A program made the position numbers and the translations under genes. A stretch of DNA of 64,000 nt from the human T2T-CHM13v2.0 reference genome, Homo sapiens: assembly GCF_009914755.1 (NCBI RefSeq), contig NC_060930.1. The stretch is one strand, 5' to 3'. Positions 55,807 to 64,000 of the stretch are shown here, piece after piece; within the stretch, counting starts at the first letter, position 1; each line of letters starts with the position of its first letter. The notes beneath the pieces were generated by a model that saw only the letters and a list, made by a program, of their open reading frames with translations, did not search any database and was not told the DNA's origin.

Positions 55807-55911
55807 CTTTTTTAAAGAGATGAGGTCTTGCTATGTTGCCCAGGCTGGAGTGCCGTGGCCATTCACAGACACGATAATCACACACTGCAGCTTGGAACTC
55901 CTGGCCTCAAA
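55807..55911 (-). mobile_element. FAM fragment
   Basis: GAGATGAGGTCTTGCTATGTTGCCCAGGCTGGAGTGCCGTGGCCATTCACAG. Confidence 0.8.
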
Positions 55912-56342
55912 AATTTCCCAAAGTGTTTCCAAAGAACAGGAACTGAAAAGGTTCTGTGAGTGAGAAGGTTTGGGAAATAGTGAGTTATTCCAGCAGGGCT
56001 CTGAAGGGCCACTGATAAACAAGCTCTAATAGGAATAAACTAGGGAAGGATGTAGTTAGCATCTTATTAATGTCTTAATATACTAGCCACAGAGAAATCA
56101 TTTCCCACCCCTGTCTGTCTCCCTCCCTTCTTTTTACCCAGAGCATCTCTTGGAACTCACTTTTAGATGCTGGATGCATGAATTCCCTAAGAAGAAACAG
56201 CTCCTAAATTGAAGTATGCATTAGAATAATACAGAGATTGTGTTAATGCAAGGATTTGAATCTTCAAAGCAGACATCCATAGGATCTATAGATCTTACCT
56301 AATGTCAAACTTTACTAATGATTCAATAACAAAAACACTAGG

Positions 56343-56458
56343 CAGAGAGATGCATCCCATGTTGGCTGGGCTGTTCTCAAACTCCTGGCCTCAAGTGATC
56401 CACCCACCTCAGCCTCCCAAGGTTCTGCGATTACAGGTGTGAGCCACTGTGCCCAGCT
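56343..56458 (-). mobile_element. Alu left-monomer fragment (FLAM/AluJ)
   Basis: AAACTCCTGGCCTCAAGTGATCCACCCACCTCAGCCTCCCAA..GTGAGCCACTGTGCCCAGC. Confidence 0.85.
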
Positions 56459-56526
56459 ATTCTGTGCTTTTAGATAGGGGTTCCCAGGCTTCTTTCCACT
56501 AGTAAGTACTATTTGCATGTTTACAA

Positions 56527-56950
56527 GGAGATCTGGTCCTCGCCCAATCCAGTCATGGGCAGAGTTCAGTTCTTTGTGACTGTAGGACTGAGATCCTCAT
56601 ATTCACGTTGGCTGTCAGCAGAGGGCCTTTTTAGCTTCTCAGGGCAACCACATGGCTCGGCTTGTGGCCCCCTCTTCTGTCTGCAACTCCAGCAACAATA
56701 CATTGAATCTCTCACCTTTGAATCTTTTCTTCTCCCGTCTCCAGGGAGAAGGACTCTTCACCTCTAGGGACTCGTGATTGCAGTGGGTCCAACTAGATAA
56801 TCCAGCATGATCTCTGCTTACCTCCAGGCCCTTAGATCTTTGACTTCATTGCATATGCAAAATCCCTTTTGCTGTGTAAGGCAACACGTACACAGGTTCT
56901 GGTGCCTGTGTCAGGGCCTGGGCAGGGGGCCATGATTCCGCTAACCACAA
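56527..56950 (-). mobile_element. MaLR LTR fragment (MLT1E-like)
   Basis: GGCAGAGTTCAGTTCTTTGTGACTGTAGGACTGAG..GATAATCCAG..GCAAAATCCCTTTTGC. Confidence 0.75.
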
Positions 56951-57221
56951 GCGTGACATGGGGCCATGATTCTGCCGACAAGTGCTGTCCCCTGTGTCCG
57001 GTGCCTCCGCGCTCTATCTATTATTGGGTTGGAAAGCCTTAGTGACCACGGTGGAGAGTACCCAGAGGTGAGCAGAGCTGGCTGGCTTTCCAGCTGGCTG
57101 GATGTCTGCGCCCACATAGTACTGATTAACTAGCCTCTTGGTGAGATTACTAGCAAATAAAATTCTTAAGATTTTTGCTGCTGCTGCACTTTCATCTTAT
57201 ATCTGTGTAGTTGCTTATTTA

Positions 57222-57780
<559 letters not shown>

Positions 57781-59559
57781 GGGCCTTGTGCCAGCCTGCC
57801 AGCAAAGTGGTGTCACAGAGCCAATTGTCCAGACACCTAGCAAGCCACCTAATTGTACTTGCACCTGGATCATGGTTCCTCTTCTTGATTGCTTATAAGT
57901 TTCAGATTTTATCGTAAGTGTTCAATGTCTGTAACACCTCCCTGATCTGCAGTTTATTGACTGTTACCACCAAGGCTTGGAAATCAGTGTGACATGACTG
58001 AGTGTTACCAAACCCACGCTGACCCCCAAGGGCCCACCACTTCCGTTCCAGACGCTCCTGCACTTGCTTCATAATGCCCTCAACACCCTGCTGAGAACCA
58101 ACAGCCAACATTTTACCTCATTCGGAGGCATTATCTTCTTTCTCTCTGCAAATGGGTTTTGAGCTTCCTTACACCAGCTCTATGCTCCTGGACTTCACAG
58201 GCACCATTCGCTGGAGTCAGGCAAATTCACTGCAACATTCCCTGAATATTTTTGAAATGCTTTTTTTAAAAAAGAGTAGAGAGGTGCCAAACAGGAATCA
58301 AGAAATTCTGCTTTCTCTTGTCTTCAGAACATGTGATAAAGCTCAGTCAATGAGATATGCCTTCCTGGTGAAGGAGATACTCAGGGGATGAGACATGATG
58401 AGTCTCTCATTTGGTGTCATGCCATAGTGTGCCCGCCCTACAGGGTACCCCGGGTCCTGTGAGAGGCTAACATTCAGGTGGGGGGTGACAATGAGTTACT
58501 GAGACAGCAACAATCGACACTTTACTTGAGGCAGCTGAATATTGGAAAAGAAGCCTCTTAACTGCAAAACCGAATTGAGTCAAATGACATTTCTAAAGTG
58601 TGTCATTAGATGACTTTTTCTTAGAGCCCCTGAAACTCCTCCTCCAAAGAACAGTGTGTCCTACAGAAGCTCTAGAAGTATTCCTCTGCCCACTTGTTTG
58701 GGAAATATCTAAATTCCAAAGACAAGAAAATTACACTTTAAGAATCAGTTGAGCTGAATGTATTTTACATGTGATTTAATGACATCAAAGTGAGATCTGG
58801 TGAGAATGGTGGTCATAGGGACCACGTGTGAGATAGGAAGTGCTGAACCTCAAAGAGACAGTGTGAGATGTGTTGCAGGTGGCTGCTTTGCAAGGGTAGG
58901 TTCACTGGTTCACCAAGAACTGGACACAGGGCTCAGCACATTTCCCTGCATCTCTCATCTGCCACTCGTAGATAACAGGGTGTCTTATTCTCAGTTCATT
59001 AAAGAAGGAACAGAAATATCTACTAAAAAACTTCTTAGTGTCTTCACATCAACATTTTCTTAATAGAAAATCTGCAGCCTGTTTCTCCAAGGAGCTGGTG
59101 ACTGCTGCCTGAGATCTGAGATGATAGAGCAAGTTGTGAACAGGATTCTTTACACGTTGAGGTGATACCCACGCCAATCTGTCACCAAAACAGTTTCCTT
59201 AAAACAATTCACACAGTTTTTCCTGTGAAAACAGTGGCTTGGGGAAGGCCGAATCATTTTCAATGACTGTGGCTGGCATACAGGTGAACCTGACAACCAC
59301 CGTTTTTATGGAGAATCCTGATTCTTAACCACAGTGACATTAAATTTGTCATTATCTAGAATTGTACATTGTTTATACCTAACACGTGCAAAACACCATC
59401 CTAAGAGACATGGAATTTATCAATTTTGGTTCATTGACTTATTCTGAGATGAGAATAAATGAAAGGAAATTAAAGTAGTGTCTTATGAACAGGACGGAGT
59501 AGGCCAGCTTCTCATAGCTCTGCCGGGAACTTCCTGCCCTGTGGCCTGTGTATCTGGTT

Positions 59560-59717
59560 CCCTCTGGGCCTCCTTCTCTCAGGGACCCCACCCTCTGGGC
59601 CCCCCTCCCTCCGGGACTCCTCCCTCTGGGCCCCCCTCCCTCTGGGCCCCCTCCCTTTGGGACCCCTCCTTCTGGGACCCCCATCCCTCTGGACCCCTTC
59701 TCTCTGGGCCCCCTCCC
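59560..59717. repeat. C-rich imperfect minisatellite, ~15-bp unit CCCTCTGGGCCCCCT x~10
   Basis: Repeated CCCTCTGGG(A/C)CCCCT units. Confidence 0.9.
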
Positions 59718-60477
59718 AACTCCTTCTGCCGACAGGGATCCATCACACAGGCGCCCCAGTGCTGGCCTTCTGTTCACCAAGAGTTACTCACTTTCTGGGG
59801 TGCATCTCGTGATGACTGCTAGCATGGAACCGTTATATAATTACTTGTTTACCTGGCAGCCTTTTGAAGCTCAAGTACGCGTTGAGTCATCGCTGCACTT
59901 CAGTGCCTCTCCTCCGTAGACAGTTCATAAACATTTGTTGAACTGAGTTCAACTTAAATTCAGAAAATACTGTGTGTCACGGTGCAGTTAAACAAATGCT
60001 TACCTTAAATGGGGGCCCGTTGGGCATCGAGTGCACGGCGTGCCGGGCCGTCCCTCCCTTTTTGGCCCCCGCTGCTCTTCCCATCGTCATCAACTCAGCC
60101 TCCACGTGATGGGGAGGTCACTCCCTCCCATCCGGTCCCAGCCCCACTCACCTGGGAACCCGTGCCGCTGGCCCCACCTTGGCCTAGCATCCGTCCAACC
60201 CTGCAGCGACCGCTCCCCACAGCCCCTGCTCCCTTGTTCTCCAGAGCCGCGCCCCTGCTGCAGGCCTCCCCCTCGCTGTCCCCAAGCCCCTGCCTTCCAC
60301 CCACACTGCCCACTCCTTCCCACCGTCCCCGCCTCTGTCCTTATGGAGTCCTCAAAAGCTCTTCTTGCCCCAGAACCTCCCATTACCCCTCAGTGCTCAG
60401 CGGCAGATCCTTGCTTTGACTGTTTATGGCACTAAGTGTCTGTTCCAACACATTTGCGCGGAAGAGTACGCAGGTAC

Positions 60478-62580
<2,103 letters not shown>

Positions 62581-62583
62581 ATA

Positions 62584-62591
<8 letters not shown>

Positions 62592-62643
<52 letters not shown>
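62592..62643. repeat. (TA)26 microsatellite preceded by short (TG)n
   Basis: Uninterrupted TA run of 52 bp. Confidence 0.97.
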
Positions 62644-62646
<3 letters not shown>

Positions 62647-63279
62647 TTAACATCCAAATGGTAATTCCAATTGGTGTATTTTATTTTACATATTGTATAT
62701 TTCACCTCCCATGCCCTCCACCCCTGCCATGCTCTGCAGCTTAGAAAGAGTGTGTATCATTTCTCACTGTATTTGTTCTCCTCCTGCCAGGATCCATAAT
62801 CCTGTGATGCCTAGTGCCGAGGTCTGAAAATGGTTGTTACATTTTGTAGGTTTTTCTAGTTGTTTAATGCAGCAGGGTGCCTTTGGTCTCTGTTGATCCA
62901 CCGTGGCTGGAAGCTGAAGTTTAGCAGTGGTGTTCTGATTGCTGTGCTTCTTCTGATTGATACGATTACCTCGTCACATGCTTTTGCAACACAGGGGTCT
63001 ATACCACGCTTCTTCTGCATACTCTAAAGCACTCAACTGTATACCTGCTGGGATTACAAAAGTGCAGAGGTGACTCCATACCTTCCTCCAGCTTTTTAGG
63101 CCCAAAGCAGTGACTGAGGGGCAGTGAAGAACCGATCTCTAAGTTGTGACTCCAGGCATCAGGGAAGGAATGGGGTGGAGTAAATAATGAAATGAGAATC
63201 AAAATTATGTAAGAAATAGGTTTGGAAAATAATTCAGGGTGAACTTTGTGTTACATGGGCTTCCTCTCCAAAAGGTCAG

Positions 63280-63480
63280 TATCCACGTGGACTCGTAAGT
63301 GAGGACTGATATGACACAGTGTGGGGGGCGAGGAGGGCAGTTCCACTTTCTCTGCCTGTGCACCTGGGGCTGCACTTCCCTAGCTGCTCCCGCTTGGCAT
63401 GGCCAGGCCCACGTGGTGCGAGAGCAGGGAAAAGAGGAGGAAGATGGGCGATTGGCTGGGAAGCACATCCAACGTCAATA
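63280..63480. promoter_or_regulatory. Candidate regulatory motif cluster
   Basis: CACGTG at 63284-63289 and 63410-63415; reverse CCAAT box GATTGGCTG near 63451; ACGTCA 63472-63477; GTAAGT 63295-63300. Confidence 0.3.
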
Positions 63481-64000
63481 TCAGAGCGTTTCAGGCCATG
63501 GATTTTACTGGGGGACGTCCAGGGCGTGTTAATAAACAGGATGATGGACAATGCTGGAAAGAAGGAGTGAGCCTGAGAATAGCGAAGGGTTTTTCTTTCT
63601 TTTTAAGTTTGCTTCAGATGGTGGATTTCAAAGCCCTTCGTCCTCAGGCGCTCCACAACCGCTCCAGCTCTTCCCGGTCTCCTGCTAAACTTCTTCAGCC
63701 TGGACCCATGCACCGCCACTGCTGGCGTTCCCAGCACACGGTATACTCCATTGTTTCCTGACAATCCAGTTGATTCGGCCAGGCTGGTTGCTAAGCTGTT
63801 TCACAAACATACAGGGCTCATGACTCAGGACTGCTCTTCAGCCTGAGACGAGCTGGTCACCTGAAGGAGATGGCGGTTCTCTGTCAATCATTGGCCCATA
63901 GCCTCACCATTCTCCAAGAACCCTGATCAGAGCCTCCTCCTCCAGGAAGTCTTTCCTAACTGTGCCAGCCTCCACCTTTCCTCTGGCATTTGGATTTCTG

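Noticed and set aside
59439-60435. Pro/Gly-rich collagen-like ORFs
   Set aside because: Produced by a C-rich minisatellite and GC-rich sequence; no sustained Gly-X-Y pattern or splice structure

Overview
This is repeat-rich primate, almost certainly human, genomic DNA; AluY/AluS/AluJ, L1PA and THE1 elements are present. I find no credible host protein-coding exon. All long ORFs with recognisable homology are disrupted LINE-1 ORF1/ORF2 pieces, and the rest are Alu-derived, low-complexity or chance ORFs. The first ~18 kb is dominated by L1: an old L1PB-like copy at 1-4.2 kb and a ~6 kb L1PA4-like copy at 9.65-15.6 kb, both on the minus strand. The remainder mixes Alu, MIR, L2, L3, MaLR/ERV LTRs, DNA-transposon relics, short tandem repeats and unique sequence. 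The most interesting signals are regulatory. A dense steroid/cytokine motif module at 49.15-49.5 kb (perfect ERE, a TAT-like GRE 10 bp away, STAT, octamer, SOX and ETS motifs) lies upstream of a CCAAT/TATA core at ~50.05 kb. There is also a candidate non-coding first exon ending in a consensus donor at 40,673, a CRE/E-box cluster near 43 kb, and a duplication-generated tandem STAT5/BCL6 site at 7.9 kb. I could not identify the locus or gene, and I see no evidence for a wholly new biological system. Repeat subfamily names are by-eye matches to remembered consensus sequences, and repeat boundaries are approximate.
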